A DNA stretch of 64,000 nt from Octopus sinensis (GCF_006345805.1 NC_043007.1:72788001-72852000); one strand, 5' to 3'. Counted from the stretch's first letter, positions 39,098 through 53,129 are shown. Numbers and translations are program-made. The notes: generated by a model not told the origin, from the letters alone.

Positions 39098-40739
39098 TCA
39101 TGACAAGCTTCTTTCAATTTCTGTTTACCAAATCCACTCATGAGGGCACTGGTTGACCTAGGGCTATAGTGAGACTGAAATTGGAATCATGTGGTTTGGA
39201 AGCAAACTTCTTACTATGCAGCCATGCCTACATCTATCATTTATGTTAATCAAATATTTCTTTGGCTAATCCACAGCAGGCTCTAAAATTTAACACAGAA
39301 TAATGATAGGAACAACTTAGAATCAGAATTAGAACAGTGGAACAGTAGAGTTAATGCAACATTATAGGATTAGAATTGATGGGAGAAATGGAATAAATAA
39401 CAGCCACAATTGTTGTTCTTTAAAGTTATTTAAGACAAATATTTATAATTTCACAAAGGAAACATTGTTACACTTTGATAACAATCCTCACTTCACTTCC
39501 ACCTTCCATACCTGCATGGATGGGTTGGACAGTTCAGTAGGATCCAATGATTCAAACAACTGCACTAAACTCTACTGTCTGTTTTGCTATGGTTTCTACA
39601 GCTGGATGCCCTTCCTAATACCAACCACTTTACAGAATGTACAGGGTGCTTTTCACATGGCACCAGCACTAGTGAGGTCACCAAGTAATTTGCAAGACAA
39701 AAAGCTTCCTTGACTGAGTGGATGTGTAGTAGGGAGGGAAGTGTCTTTAAACCAGGTGTTGAGAGGCCAAAATATCATAGAACAGGCATAGGTATCTTCC
39801 TGTAGAGAAAATACATGGGTACACCACATCATATAAGGGTGGATGAAAGTAGCTCAAAGATGGTGATATAGAGATGTCAGGCTGTACGATCAAAGTACAA
39901 GAAGGTGACTATAAAAGAGAATTGGAAAGGGAGGGTGGGTAAGTTCACAAGAACATGAGAGAGAGTAACAGGCGAATGTAGTGAATGGTGAATAAAGGTG
40001 GAAGGGTAATCAGTGGTAAACATGAGTTTGATGGGTAAGGGAATTAGTAACAGGAGTGACTGAGGAAGAAAGGTGGGTGGCAAATAATAGTGCAGAAAAG
40101 GGTGGAGAACAACAGAATAATAAAACTGTAGATAAATGAGAAATAGGGAGATAATGTGTATAGATGGGTGGGTGATGGAGTAACAGAGAAAAATGGATTT
40201 CAATGGTATGTAATTTTGGATATAGTGAATAACAAAAGTGGGATGAGAAGGTGTTAAGAATGTGATGTGGTAGTCATAAGAGGTGGTAGCTCAAGGTGAA
40301 GAGAGAGAGAGAGAGAGAGATAAATAGTGGAACAGAAAGGGTAAAAATAAAGTGGGAAGGGATGTATCTTAAAGGGAAGTGGTTCTAGGAAAGAGGGATA
40401 ACTAATTGCACAAAAGGGGATGAAATATGTGTGGCTTTGCTGTCATATGATTACAACTGAATGGTTCCGTAGTTAGAAGAGTGATGAAGAGATGGGTGAT
40501 AGAAAAATGAGGTCTGGGGAACTTTATGGAGACAGATTGGGTGCAGGGGCTTTTAGGAAGACAGTTTTGGCATGAAGAACAAGTCTTCTTGAGCATAGCA
40601 AAGCACTATTCAATATGATCTTTTGTTAACTTCTTCAGAGAGGTCAACATCATGAGATTGGCCTTCCCTACTTTATACTACTTCAAGGGTCAGCCTGTTC
40701 CACTAGTGATTCACACTTCCTTATACAACTGCTCTCATC

Positions 40740-41070
40740 CATCCATGGACATGTTTACAAAGTCAGAAAACAGCACAGCTCCCATGACTTTCGGAAACAT
40801 TTTTTCACGCTAGGAGTTGCTGAAGCATGGAACAAACTGCCGGCATCAGTTGTTAGTTGTCGGAGCACTGCATCCTTCAAAACTTCCATGCTTTCTGAGA
40901 TTCCCCAACACTACACCTGGTTTTCTCCCCTCCATACACACGCAAGCATGTATTTGACTCATACACTGTTCACTTCCCAGACATTTGTACATTACTGCAT
41001 ATGCTTTATACGCACTTTTGACAAGTTGTGGTGCACCTGAGCACTGTATATAATAATTTCATTATTATTT
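40740..41070 (+). mobile_element. CR1-clade LINE 3' end, second copy
   Basis: Closely similar to 26470-26770; tail 'aataatttcattattatt'. Confidence 0.85.
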
Positions 41071-41419
41071 GCATCACATGATCATACCAGCATTGTCTTT
41101 TCTCTTGCGCATTACACCTGATTCCTCTTTTCCTCTTTTGTTCTTTTATTTTCTCAACATATTTTGTGTCCCTTATGCACACTGATGTGACACATTCAAT
41201 GGAATATACTTGTTTCATTTCTTTCCAGTCTTCATATACCCTCTACTTTCAGGGCCCTGAAACAATAATCTAATATTGCTGTTTATACAGAATCACTGAG
41301 TTAATAACCTCTTGAATTGTCTCCAGCTTCTCTTTACTTTAGCAGCTATACTTTCAGATCATTCTCCACTGCTTATTAGGTCTCCTAGGTAACAGAAACT
41401 ATTGTCTCTAAGGATAATC

Positions 41420-43140
41420 TTAGATATTTAAGTAAATCTATTTCCTGTCTATTCTGACTTTTTGCAGCTCCTGGACATTTGTCACACACAAAGTCTACTT
41501 TCTCTGTTAACTTTGCTGTGATTCATCTGCTCCACTTGTTTGTACATACCTTACACTGAGTATATCATACAGAATTTCTACTCATGCCTTTTCTACATAT
41601 TGAGCAGGGCCGTTTTTCTGGTGGGAGTAGTGTTCTGTCTGTTTTCCTGCTGACTAGAACTTTGATCTTTGATAAGTTAAATTTTAAGCCCTTCAATTTC
41701 AGGTTTCTCTTCCACATCTGCAATTTCTTTTCTAATTCTGCAACATGTTCAGTTATGAAAATGAGGTCTTCAACTTCTCACAGACAAGTGATCATGTACT
41801 CCTCAGTTATTGTGTGCAGGACTATGATGGTAGGAAGGGACTGATTACTGAGCACTCTGCCTTTTACTTTTGTAGCAGTTGACTATGGTGCTGCTACACC
41901 AGTCATTGGGTATAACTCCTTCATGAACTACCTGATTTATAATACGGATGACTAGACCATAACTTACACTGCCGGATATTTTAAGCACCACAGTAGTGAT
42001 TCCTGATGGGCTGGGGTTTTTTTCTGTCTTCATATCCTTAATTGTTTTATCTACCAGGGTACTGTCAATTCGAATAACTGGTCCCTCTGTTGGGTCAATA
42101 TTTGGCAGACTCTCCTCCTATTCATTCTCCACATTCAACATTCAGCAGTCTTTCATAATGACATCTCCAAGCCTTTTTCCTCACAGACTCATTAAAAACA
42201 AGTGCACCATCATCCATACAGATACATTTCTCACCTATGACATCACAATTTTCTCTCACACACTGTCGTGCAATCCAAAATACTTCAGCTCATTGGTCCT
42301 CACGGTGCTGAATAAAGGCAAACTTCTTTTCTGCTTCTCCTTTGGCTAGATATACCTATCTCCTAGATTCCCTTCTGGCTATCTGATACAGTTCCCTGCT
42401 GCCCCCACTCTTCCAGGCCTGTTTCTTTGCTCTAATGGCCCAGTCTATAGTATTGTTCCACCACCACGTTACCCTAGGTCTGGAAGGGACTTTGCATCAG
42501 CCACAGATTTGGTCTGTGGCACTCGGCAAGCTATCCTGCATGAATTCCCAGTTGCCCTCTATATCACAATTTTGTAGCTGCTCCTCCCTCTCATCAAATT
42601 TCTCAATTAGGATGTCCTTAAATCTCTGACCATTTGAAGGGTCCTTAAGCTTCCAAATCCTTCTTTTACAGATTGGGCTGCATCTTGTCTTCCTTCTGGC
42701 CTGGAATCTAAAGCCGCTAATGACTAGCTTGTGCTGGGGAGTACATTTTTCACTAAGGAGGGTATTTGCATTTGAGAGCAATCATGCATCCTGCTGCCTG
42801 GTGAAAATGAAATCGACTTGGCTAGCAGTGTCACCTGATTGATAGGTTATCCGGTGGGTAGCTGGCTTCTTGAAGTTGGTGTTGCAGATCCAAAGGTTAT
42901 TCACATCACAGGACTCCAGTAGTCTTGTTCTCTCTTCGTTTTGGGAACTGATTCCATTGCCCCCATGTACACCATGGTAGATACCAGGCTGCTGCCCAAC
43001 ATACCCATTGAAATACCCAGCCATGAAGAGGAGATCATTGTCACATGTCTTGAAGGTAGCCTGCAGAAGAATATCATAAAAGTGGTCCTTCTGTTCATTT
43101 CACAAGCTCACTTGTGGGGCATAGGCAGGTATAATTGTAG
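41420..43140 (-). mobile_element. Decayed RTE LINE ORF2 fragment (AP endonuclease and start of RT)
   Basis: GYFNGYVG..YHGVHGGNG..NEERTRLLESCD..ICNTNFKKP..ITYQSG..SQVDFIF; HKLVISGF; PSPSGITT..NDWCSSTIVNCYK. Confidence 0.88.
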
Positions 43141-44026
43141 CTATACTATTCTGCAAGACTAACCTGAGCTTAATAATGAAGGAGCAGAACCAGTAAGGGA
43201 TGGGTAGTTAGGAGTTCATGATACTGTGGTTTGTGTTTGTATGTGTGTTTGTGCATGGATGAGTATGATAGGTGGGTAGTAAAGAAGGGTACCTGTGCTC
43301 AATGTATAATAGTGTTGAGGAATATAAGGAAGGATGGTACGTTAGAAATATATTTGAAAATTGAAGGTGAGATGGTATGTATGCCAATATGTGTGTGTGA
43401 AGTGAATGGTAACAGAAGATTGAATCTATAAGAAGTCAACTGTGTAAGTGTGTCTTTGTGTTTGTTCCCCTCCGTCTCTTGGGAACTGGTGTTGGTTTAT
43501 CTAGATCCCTGCAATCTAGTACTGTGGCAAAAGAGATTGATAGAATAAGTACCACACTTAAAAATACCTATTGAGATTGATTTGTTTGACTAAAACCTTT
43601 CAAGGCACTGTCCCAGCATGGCCACAGTCCAATAACTGAAACACATAAAAAGATCAATTTAAGAAGTAGGTGACTAGGTTAGTAAAGTGAAGTGTCTTTG
43701 AACATGGCTTAGAGCTACTATTATTAGGAATGAACTATTTCTCTAGAAACTCAATAACCTTTGTTTAAATAACTGATATCAGATCAAGAGTACCCAGGCT
43801 TGTTTTTTAAGGTCGCATTTAAAAGTTCTTTACTTCCTCTGTAGATGATTATATCTATTTTGAACTCTTGCTTTTCTGAATCCAAGTTTAATTGTGGTTG
43901 GTTTTGATATTTTAATTTTCTGGTGTCATGTAAGTTGTGTTGATCTATTATTTAGTTTAAAAATTGAATCTTTTAATTCTAATATATTGATATTTTATAA
44001 TTGATTCTGTGAATTTATAATTTCAG

Positions 44027-44257
44027 GGTCATTCCAAGAGAAAAGAGAGTTATTTCATATTAAAGACCCTTCTTACCACAAAAGTCTGAATTTATAATTC
44101 TTGTTTACTCCAAAGCTCTTCACAAAAGAATTTAGGCTTGGAAAAACAACCAAGATTACATATTACATAATTTTTTTTAAAAGAGGATAACTCAGCACTT
44201 TTGACAGCTTCCTTTTCCGGAGAACTTAAAGCAAGCAATAAACTTATAATTTCTAAT
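44027..44257 (+). pseudogene. Gene A terminal SEFIR exon, disrupted
   Basis: 'gtgaatttataatttcag|GG TCA TTC CAA GAG AAA AGA' aligns to gene B 'gtgaatttatattttcag|GA ACA CTC CAA GAG AAA AGA'; ~112-nt deletion after TAC CAC; then 'QKSEFIILVYSKALHKRI*AWKNNQDY'; homology ends near 44257. Confidence 0.85.
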
Positions 44258-44259
44258 GA

Positions 44260-45930
44260 TATATATAAAGTTAGTTGAGTCAGAGGTTAAAATAACCATC
44301 TAAGGGATAGAAGTATCCATTACACTACTGGTATATTACCTATGTTTAACCATGGGCATACATATGCAAACATATTACGCTCATAAATTATAGGTAAAGA
44401 CAAGAATAAACATGAGTTTATCAATAATCAAAATTTAAAGAAAACAGAAAATGGAGAAATATTAACAAACATCAATTATTATCTATTATTTCAATACAAA
44501 TAGACTTCAACCTATCTAACAGCTGTTTCTGCTCCAATGTTGTATGGTATTGCCATTGATATGCTAAATATATTTATCATATTTGGTAATAAAACTAACC
44601 TGAAACATGGAGCTTATTCTATCAATCTCTTTTGCCACACCTTCAATTTCCAAATATATTTCTAATGTACCGTCCTTCCTTACATTCCTCAAAGTGAAGA
44701 ATAAATAAAGAAGAGCATAGAGAAGAAAAAAGGAAAAGTTGAATGTGGTTATAATCATACCATTTTGCTTATGTATCTCTTTCAGAGATACACTAAAGCT
44801 ATGATTAATGCAATAAATAAAGATAAAACAGCTGATAGATTATATAATAACTTTATACTGAACATAAATAACCAACATAGAAATAGGGTAGTAGAAACGA
44901 CAAAGACCTTAAGACTAATTGCACAATCTGATATTGATAAAAACAACATAAATATAAGTATATCACACCCCAAGCATAATAAACCAAAGCACATTATGAC
45001 CAAAATCAGAAAAATATGAATAATAAATTAGCCATTGACCAAATCAATAGTTAACATGGCACCTTACAATGATAATAGCAACATTAACACTAATTACAAT
45101 ATAAAAAGGAAAAATAAAAATGATATACTTTATATAAAATCCTCTGTAACAAATGATGTTAATCTCAATTCTAGTAAAATAAAGGAGAATATTATCTGGT
45201 TAATATTGCCCATTGCTAAGCAAGTAAAAACAAGCTTAAAGTTATACGTCAGATAATAAAGAAACACTTCTCTTGTAATATAACAAATATAGTGACATAA
45301 TTCAGAATAGACATTTTAAATTTGGTCATTCTGTTTCCTATAATTTGTTTAGATATATATCTTCTATGAATTATCCAAAATTAGATAATTTTTATGCTAA
45401 GTGAAAGCTTAATATTCCCAATAATAAGCAAACACACAGTGTACCAGATAAAGCCAAATTCAAATATTCAAATATAAACAATTCAAAGGAAGCCTATTGC
45501 CCATAACCCACCTACTAATCCTAGTGATAATCTTAGTAAGTTCTGTGATTTTAGGGTTAAAGGGCAATGTAAATTTAATAATTATTGCAAATGGAAGAAT
45601 TTAGTATACCAAGCTATAGTAGAAACTGAAGATAAACTCTTTTACTACAATGGTTCTACGGAATCATATATGAAACTTTGATTAGCTAACCATGAGCTTT
45701 CTTTTAGAAACCCCAATAAACGTTCTTAGTAAATTCATCTGGAAATTAAAAGACAGTAATATCAATCTTAGAATTAGATGGAAGATTATATGTTCTGCAA
45801 AATCTTACCATCACCTGATAGAAATTGTCAACTCTGCACTTCAGAGTGCTATAACATCCTTTTTTCTAGTAAATAATTATTAAATGACAGAGTTGAAAAA
45901 TTCTTGCTTTGCCTACACTCTCCTGAATAT
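44260..45930 (+). mobile_element. Decayed Penelope-like element (RT remnants + GIY-YIG)
   Basis: 'GILPMF..HTYANIL' (RT); 'IVETEDKLFYYNGST..LSKFIWKLKDSNINLRIRWKIICSAKSY..CQLCTSECYNI..LLNDRVE' (GIY-YIG C-terminus). Confidence 0.75.
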
Positions 45931-46743
45931 CTATTTTATAAATATCATTAATTTTTTTAAAATTATTAATATCACTAATCATTAGGTTCCTTATTAACCA
46001 TAAATATTTTTACTAAAATTTGAAACTGAATTAATTAGATCCTTATTACAACCAGCATTTATATTAATTTTATAGAATTTAGAATATATATCTTGCTGCA
46101 ATATATATTTCTAACATATGCATAATATATATAAATGGTTATATTCCAACAATCATTCAGTTTTATTTTTTTTTTTGTAATATATATAAATAACATCTCC
46201 TTATCTATAAATTGTATATGATTTATTTATTTCTTATTTTAAGAGTAAATTAAAATATAATTCATATTTGTTAAATCATCTTTAAATATCAACACTTGTT
46301 TAACTACTAAATAGTCCTAATCTAATCTACCTTAGCAAAATAAAAAAAAAATCAATCATAAATACAAATACTGCATTTTTTCTTCATATAATGTAATACA
46401 CTATTCCTACATATTATGAAAAGAACTCCAATTCATTTTTATTAATTCAACTAATAATTAATAATTACAAACATATTATGCTACATTATAACAAATACCC
46501 AATATATGCTCCCATTTTATTTCATTATATAATATTTTTTTTTTTTCTCTTCACTCCTTCATTCAACTTTTCTCTTTATTTGACCTCTTAACTGATCAAT
46601 TCTAGATATTATACTTCCCATAACATAATTCTAACAATTTAACCTTTCTGATAATAGATAAATGCAAATAAATTTAATAAATATATATATTTTGAGTGTG
46701 AGTATATGTGTATGTATATGTGTGTGTGTGTTTATACATATAA

Positions 46744-49416
46744 AAGCAACAAGGATATCCAGAGGTAATGCAGTACGATCGTTTCATGCAACTCCATTTA
46801 ATTGAACAATGCAACCATTACATCAATTTAAATGCAGAGCAATCCTCAGCTGCACAAAGACAGAATTTAATTAAATTAAAACAGATGACACATTAGTATA
46901 ATTTTGTCTAAAATCTCCAAGAAGTTAAGGAGATAGACAAAGAACATGCTGCTTTTCCTTCCACTTAGAAGCTACTAAGTTATCAGGAAGAAAGATTTGT
47001 TACAAATTTTGCTTGTCAATTTTATATGGGGTCAGTTATAATTTATAGACTAGTTTTATCGAATCCTTGTATATCTGTTAGTGGGTAGGGCTGAGGGAGT
47101 CGACAGAAATCATAGTGGGCATAGTCATAAAAATCAAGATTTATTTGAAGCAATATCATGGGGTTTGGTAAAGGAAAACTTAAATCAAGATGTTAGCTGA
47201 CAATTAAGGGGGCTGGCCACTAGCAGACTATTGATAATGAAACAGAGGAAATCTTATGTAGTACTATAGTTCAATATTTTATGCAATACTGCTATATTGT
47301 ATAAAGTTAAAGTTTAGGGTTATTCAGAGGATTATTAATAATAATTATAACAAAAGGATAAAATGTTTTATGAATACTTTTGAGTATATACCAAACTTTT
47401 ACTACAAAAGAGGGAGGAAAAGAAAATTATCCAGAAGTAGTTTAATATTTATACATATTATAAACTTAAATACTAACTTATCAGATGGTATCAGTGAATA
47501 TTGATCAATTAGTATATACTGGTATTTAATATTGATCAATTAGTATATACTGGTACTGAGGTAAAAGAACATGCTAACTATAAATTAATTTAATTATAAT
47601 CTAATCAGTTTATTTTAAGTTGTGAATATACCAGTATTCTTATATATAAGCTAAGTATGAATTTATAGCGGTACAAATATTAGATTTATTTTATAAATAA
47701 ATAAATAAAGGCTATTATAAAATAATAAAGAAATAAAATAATCAGGTAGGGCAGAACACTATAGAAAAGGAATAAAATAGCTTAATTGCAAAAAAAAACA
47801 TGATAAAGTATATGTAGCTTATTAACCACAATAGAGATGATATATAGAAAATGTATAATAATTCAAAATATACTAAACTAAAAATTATATATTTACTTAT
47901 ATAGCTAGTATCAATACCTGATATTAGCTACGGGAATATTTATGTTATGGGACATTCTAATTTTACACTAATTTTTTTAAACTAAGGGTTATATTATAGG
48001 TTTTAGAAATTATTATTGTAACTCCATACATGATATTTTTAGTTTCTTAGGGGTATTTAATTAGAAGGGCTACTTATATCAAGGCCTTTATAAATACTAA
48101 GATCAGGCGGGGAGTACACTTTAATAAAGGGATAAATCAAGTAACTTCTAAAGATCATTTCAAACAATATTGCCATATTGTATAAAGTTAAAATTTAGGG
48201 TTTAGAAGATTATTAAGAATGATATTATAACAAACGGGTAAAACTTCTATGAATACTTTTGAGTATATACCAAATGTTACCACAATAGAGAGAGAAAAGA
48301 AAGTTACATGGAAATAGTTTAATATTTATGCTTATTAACTAAATATTAACTTATTAAATGGTATCTGTGGAGATTGAGCTATTAGAAATTTAATTGGTAT
48401 TTAATAAAGGAGCACTGAGGCTAAAGAACATGTTAACCATATACTAATTTAATTAAATTGAATTATTTTAAGTTGTGGAGATACCAGTATTGTTTTATAT
48501 AAGCTAAGTGTGATTTAATAGGGGTACAAAGATTAGATTTATCAAAGGCTATTATAAAATAATAAAATGATCATGTAGGGTAGTGCACCATAAAAAAGGA
48601 ATAAAGATAGCCTAATCACTAAAACCATTACAAAAAATATATACCTAATTAACTTCAATAGAGAAGATTTATATAGAATTTATAATAATTTAAGTATTGT
48701 GAACTAAAAATCGTTTAACTTATTTAGCTTAACACAAGACTGATACCCGGTATTTGTTAAAAGAATATTATTTAAAAGAACATGCTAATTATATATTAAT
48801 CTTAAATGAAGAGGTATAATATAGTACAGTATAGGTTTTTAAAGTTATTAGTGTTGATCTGTACATGATATTACATTTTCTTAGGGGTACTCAATTAGAA
48901 GGGCTGCTTGTATAAAAACCAATATAAATACTAAGATCAGGAGGATGGAACCCTTTAAGAAAGAGATAAAAAATTGATTACTAAAAACTATTTTAAACAA
49001 TATAGCCATATTGTATCAAGTTAAAATTTTGGGTTATCAAGAAGATTTAGCATTGAGGTGAAAGGACAAATTAACTATAAATTAATTAAATTATAATTTA
49101 AGCAGTTTAATTTTAAGTTGAGAAGATACCCCTATTGTTTTATATAAACTAAGTATTTATAACGGTACAAAAATTTAGGTTTATCTAAAAGCAAACACCA
49201 TAGAAAAGCATATAAAATAGCTTAATCAGTAAAAATCATCAACTTCTTGGAGATATTAGACAAATGTGTCCATCTGTTTAAATTTAATCAAATTCTATGT
49301 TTTTGTGCAGCTGAGGATTGCTCTGCATTTAAATTGATGTAATGGGTGTGTTGTTCAATTAAATGGAGTTGCGTGAAACGTTTGTACTGCATTACCTCTG
49401 GATATCCTTGTTGCTT
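46744..49416. mobile_element. Non-autonomous TIR/fold-back element: ~180-bp TIRs (46744-46926 / 49241-49416) enclosing ~2.4 tandem ~850-bp units
   Basis: 'aagcaacaaggatatccagaggtaatgcagtac...ctccaagaagtt' is the reverse complement of 'aacttcttggag...gtactgcattacctctggatatccttgttgctt'; anchor 'atattgtat.aagttaaa' recurs near 47294, 48175 and 49009. Confidence 0.85.
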
Positions 49417-49611
49417 ATTTTGATTCTAATCGCCTTATTTTGAAATTGTATGGACAATACCGTACTAAATTCTGGTGCCTCAACTTTAGTACCATATTCA
49501 TCTGAATCTAAATTTTTGCTGAACTTATATATGTATATACAAAATATAGATTTTGTGTCAATATATGCATATGTGTATATATGTGTAAATATGTACGCAT
49601 ATATATTGTAG

Positions 49612-49650
<39 letters not shown>

Positions 49651-50040
49651 ATAAGTACATAAATATGAATACATTTTATATATTGATGACAAAGGGTTCA
49701 CATGTAAGGCTTACATAGCATAATGGTTAGATTTTTCAAACTTTTGTCTATACCCAACAATATGATGTGAACACTAAGCATCCATAGATTTCCTGAACTG
49801 TATCTATTAACAAGCCAATGAAGATAATTCATCTTTAACAGTCAACTAATAATTGTTTTACTATCTAACTTATCCTTCATTTATTTTCATATATAATTCT
49901 TTCCTTGCATATTTCAGTATCATTCTTTCCTTTTATTTAAATATATATATTATTTTACATAGTTATATTTTTCTTTACTTTTTATATATCTTCTTAAACT
50001 TTATTTCTTTGTTATTTTTATTTTTTGTTTTATTTTATTA

Positions 50041-50344
50041 CTAGCAGTATCGCCTGGCGTTGCTCGGGTTTGTAAGGGAAATAACTATATAAGCATTTTT
50101 AGAGAGTTACTTCCCTTATATAAACCGAACAAAAAATGCATTAAAAATGCGGAAAAGTGATGGTAAATTTTTTTTAAATCGTAGACTCATCATAGATGCA
50201 CGCTAATACCCAGAAGGGCTCGATATGAATCACGACTATAAGATACCTGCTTTTGGTTAAACTGCATCGCAAAATGTGGGAGTAGTTAGGAATCTAAATT
50301 GGAGTAGACAGACACACACACAACTTTAGTTTTATATATAAAGA
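50041..50344 (-). mobile_element. Non-autonomous Helitron
   Basis: On the minus strand: A|TC..., subterminal hairpin cccgagcaacgccaggc, ...CTAG|T; no TSD. Confidence 0.85.
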
Positions 50345-51139
50345 TATCTTTACTTACATCTATATTTCACAAGCTAAATACATATTCATTATATGTGATC
50401 TAACTTAAACTTATTAGTAATTTGTCTTCATCCTTTCAAGAAATATTTTAACCTTTATTGTATAAGCTCATAAAGCCCTGATGAGATTCTGGCCCATATA
50501 GTTGAAAATGACCAATTCTTAGCATATGATCCTACCCAAATGCTTAGAATTACTATTCACCTAGGGGTATGAATCAAAACATATATATAGGTATTTGGCA
50601 TCTGCCATTTCTTTTACAGCTTTATAATTTATAATTTATTTGTATTGTTTTTATTAAAAAAATCTTCCAACCTCATTATATCATACAAATAAATTATTCA
50701 TACATCCGTAATTCTCCATTTTCTTCTTTCCATCATTATTACCAATATATATCACTATAATAATCTCTAACATATCACTGAGACTTTCTCTTTATATGAT
50801 AGTGATTAACCAGTAAAATCTTTGGATTATTTAATCCCTAATGAGGACATGTATGTGTGTGTATGTGAGAATGGTGTGTATGAATGTGTGAATAGGAGTT
50901 AGTGACTCTGATGTGTGTGCATCTGTAATGTGTGTTGTGTGTAGCAGATGAGGTGTGCTTTTTGACATGGTGTGTGTACATCTGTGTGTATGAGTCTGTG
51001 ACCAAACAGTGTGCATGTGTATGGCATGTATATGTTGGTGTAAGTTAATTTTTTCTATGTATGTAGTGTGTATTAATGGGTGTTGTGTGTGTGTATATAT
51101 ATATATATATTTATATATATAGCCTGTGTTCAGGTATTA

Positions 51140-52260
51140 TGTGCTTGTGGGAGTGTGCATGATGGTGTGTGGTATGTGTACTGAGTTACACAGTGTTTGT
51201 GGCTGCTCATATAGTGGCAAGTGCGGTGAAGCTATTGAAGATGGTGTGGGTGCTGGGAAGTGGTCAGTACTAGTGTGTTGGAATGTATTAGTAGTGTAAG
51301 GTGATATTGATGAAGAGAGGAGGGGAGTTGAGCCCATGTGGCACAAAGGACTAAAAAGAAGATTAATTCCTGTTCACGGTGAAAGTGAGAGTTCGCATAG
51401 CTTTTGTGCAAAGATAGTCCGAACACAGAAAGATGTAGTGAATGACCGGTAGAACAGAAATGGCATGAGACCAGGGAATCATTACCGAGTTTGATGTCTT
51501 GGAGGTGCTCCGCGAATTGGTCAGCTAAGTGGCATCTCGTTTGACCAATGTACAGGGAAGGGTGGAAAGCGCAGGAGATGCAGTAAATGATGTTACTAGG
51601 AGTGCAGGTAAAGGAGTCAGTGATGTGATAGGGATGATGATGGGTACCTGTGAGGATGGTGGTGTTGGAAGGTAGAGGCAAGTACAACAGTGAGGATGGG
51701 AGCAAGGGAAGGAGCCAGGCTGGGAGGTAGGGTTAGGGAAGAAACTGTGGACTAGGAGGTTGCACAGGTTATGAGCTTATTTGAAGGAGGGAAGAAGTAG
51801 GTTGGGGAAAATGTGTGAAGTGGAAGGATCAGACTGGAGACACCGGAAGGCTCAGAGAATGGTACATTGAAGGTGGGGGTGTAGTAGGTGAAAGGAAATT
51901 GGAGACAGGCAACGGCAGGGCAAATGCAGGGAGAAAAAGTACACAGAAGAGGAAATATCTACGTAAGATGAAGTGGTGAGCCATGAGTTGAGAATGAATC
52001 ACTAAGTCATGGTTGTCACTGCACAGATGGAGGAATTGGGAGTAAGGGATGGAGAGCTTGGTGTCAGTAGGGTGGGAGGAGGAGAAGTTAAGGTAAGTGT
52101 GTGAGTCCATATGTTTGTAGTGGATGGAGGTACTGAGAGTGAAGTGGTATATACTGAGAGAAATATTGAGAAATTCAATGGACGAGTAAGAAATAGTGCG
52201 ATAGAATTCGAGGGCAAGATGGAAGAATTGTACAAAAGAGAGCAAAGAGCCTAGTCATTC
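51140..52260 (-). mobile_element. Penelope-like element 3' part (RT C-terminus + GIY-YIG)
   Basis: TSIHYKHMDSHTYLNFSSSHP..SIPYSQFL; NIIYCISC..LYIGQT..LADQFAEH. Confidence 0.85.
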
Positions 52261-52487
52261 AGAGAAGGGTGAGGTCTCACCAATACAGTCATTGATATAA
52301 CGACCGTATAGTTTGGGAGTGGGACCAGTGAATTGTACATATGTATATAAGTTTATGTAGATATGTATATATATATATGTGTGTGTGTGTATGCATATAT
52401 ATATGTGTGTGTATGTGTAAATATGTGTGTGTGTATATATATATAAGTATCTGTGTGTGTATATATATAGAGAAAGAGAAAGAGAGG

Positions 52488-52860
52488 TGCAGGAGTGGCT
52501 GTGTGCTAAGTAGCTTGCTTACCAACCACATGGTTCTGGGTTCAGCCCCACTGTATAGCACCTTGGGCAAGTGACTTCTACTATAGCTTAAGGCCGACCA
52601 AAGCATTATTAGTGGATTTGGTAGATGGAAACTGAAAGAAGCCTGTCGTATATGTTTGTGTGTCTGTGTTAGTCCCCACTGCTATCACTTGACAACCGAT
52701 GTTGGAGTATGTACATTCCCGTAACTTAACAGTTTGACAAAAGAGACCAATAGAATAAGTACTAGGCTTACAAAGAATTAGCCCTGGGGTCGATATGTTC
52801 AACTAAAGGTGGTGCTCCAGCATCTCCGCAGTCAAATAGCTGAAACAAACAAAAGAATGT
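52488..52860 (+). mobile_element. SINE family A
   Basis: Same head and tail as 2339-2736. Confidence 0.85.
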
Positions 52861-52977
52861 ACATGTGTGTATCAATATATATACATAGGTGTGTGTGTTT
52901 GTGTATATATGCATGTGTATACATGTATATATATATACATGAGTGTATATATATCTGTATGTTTATATATATTTATG

Positions 52978-53008
<31 letters not shown>

Positions 53009-53129
53009 ATATGTGTATATATATATGTGTGTGTACCCCACAACATAGACCCAGGTGAAGAATGTATAGACTGGTAGTTAATGACTTTAGGATCAGGACT
53101 AAGTGAACACCCAGAAGATGACCAGCATG

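Noticed and set aside
50478-50520. CTGATGAG...GAAA hammerhead-like motif (also near 10865 and 31263)
   Set aside because: Stem II/III or the NUH site is missing or mismatched; at best decayed remnants
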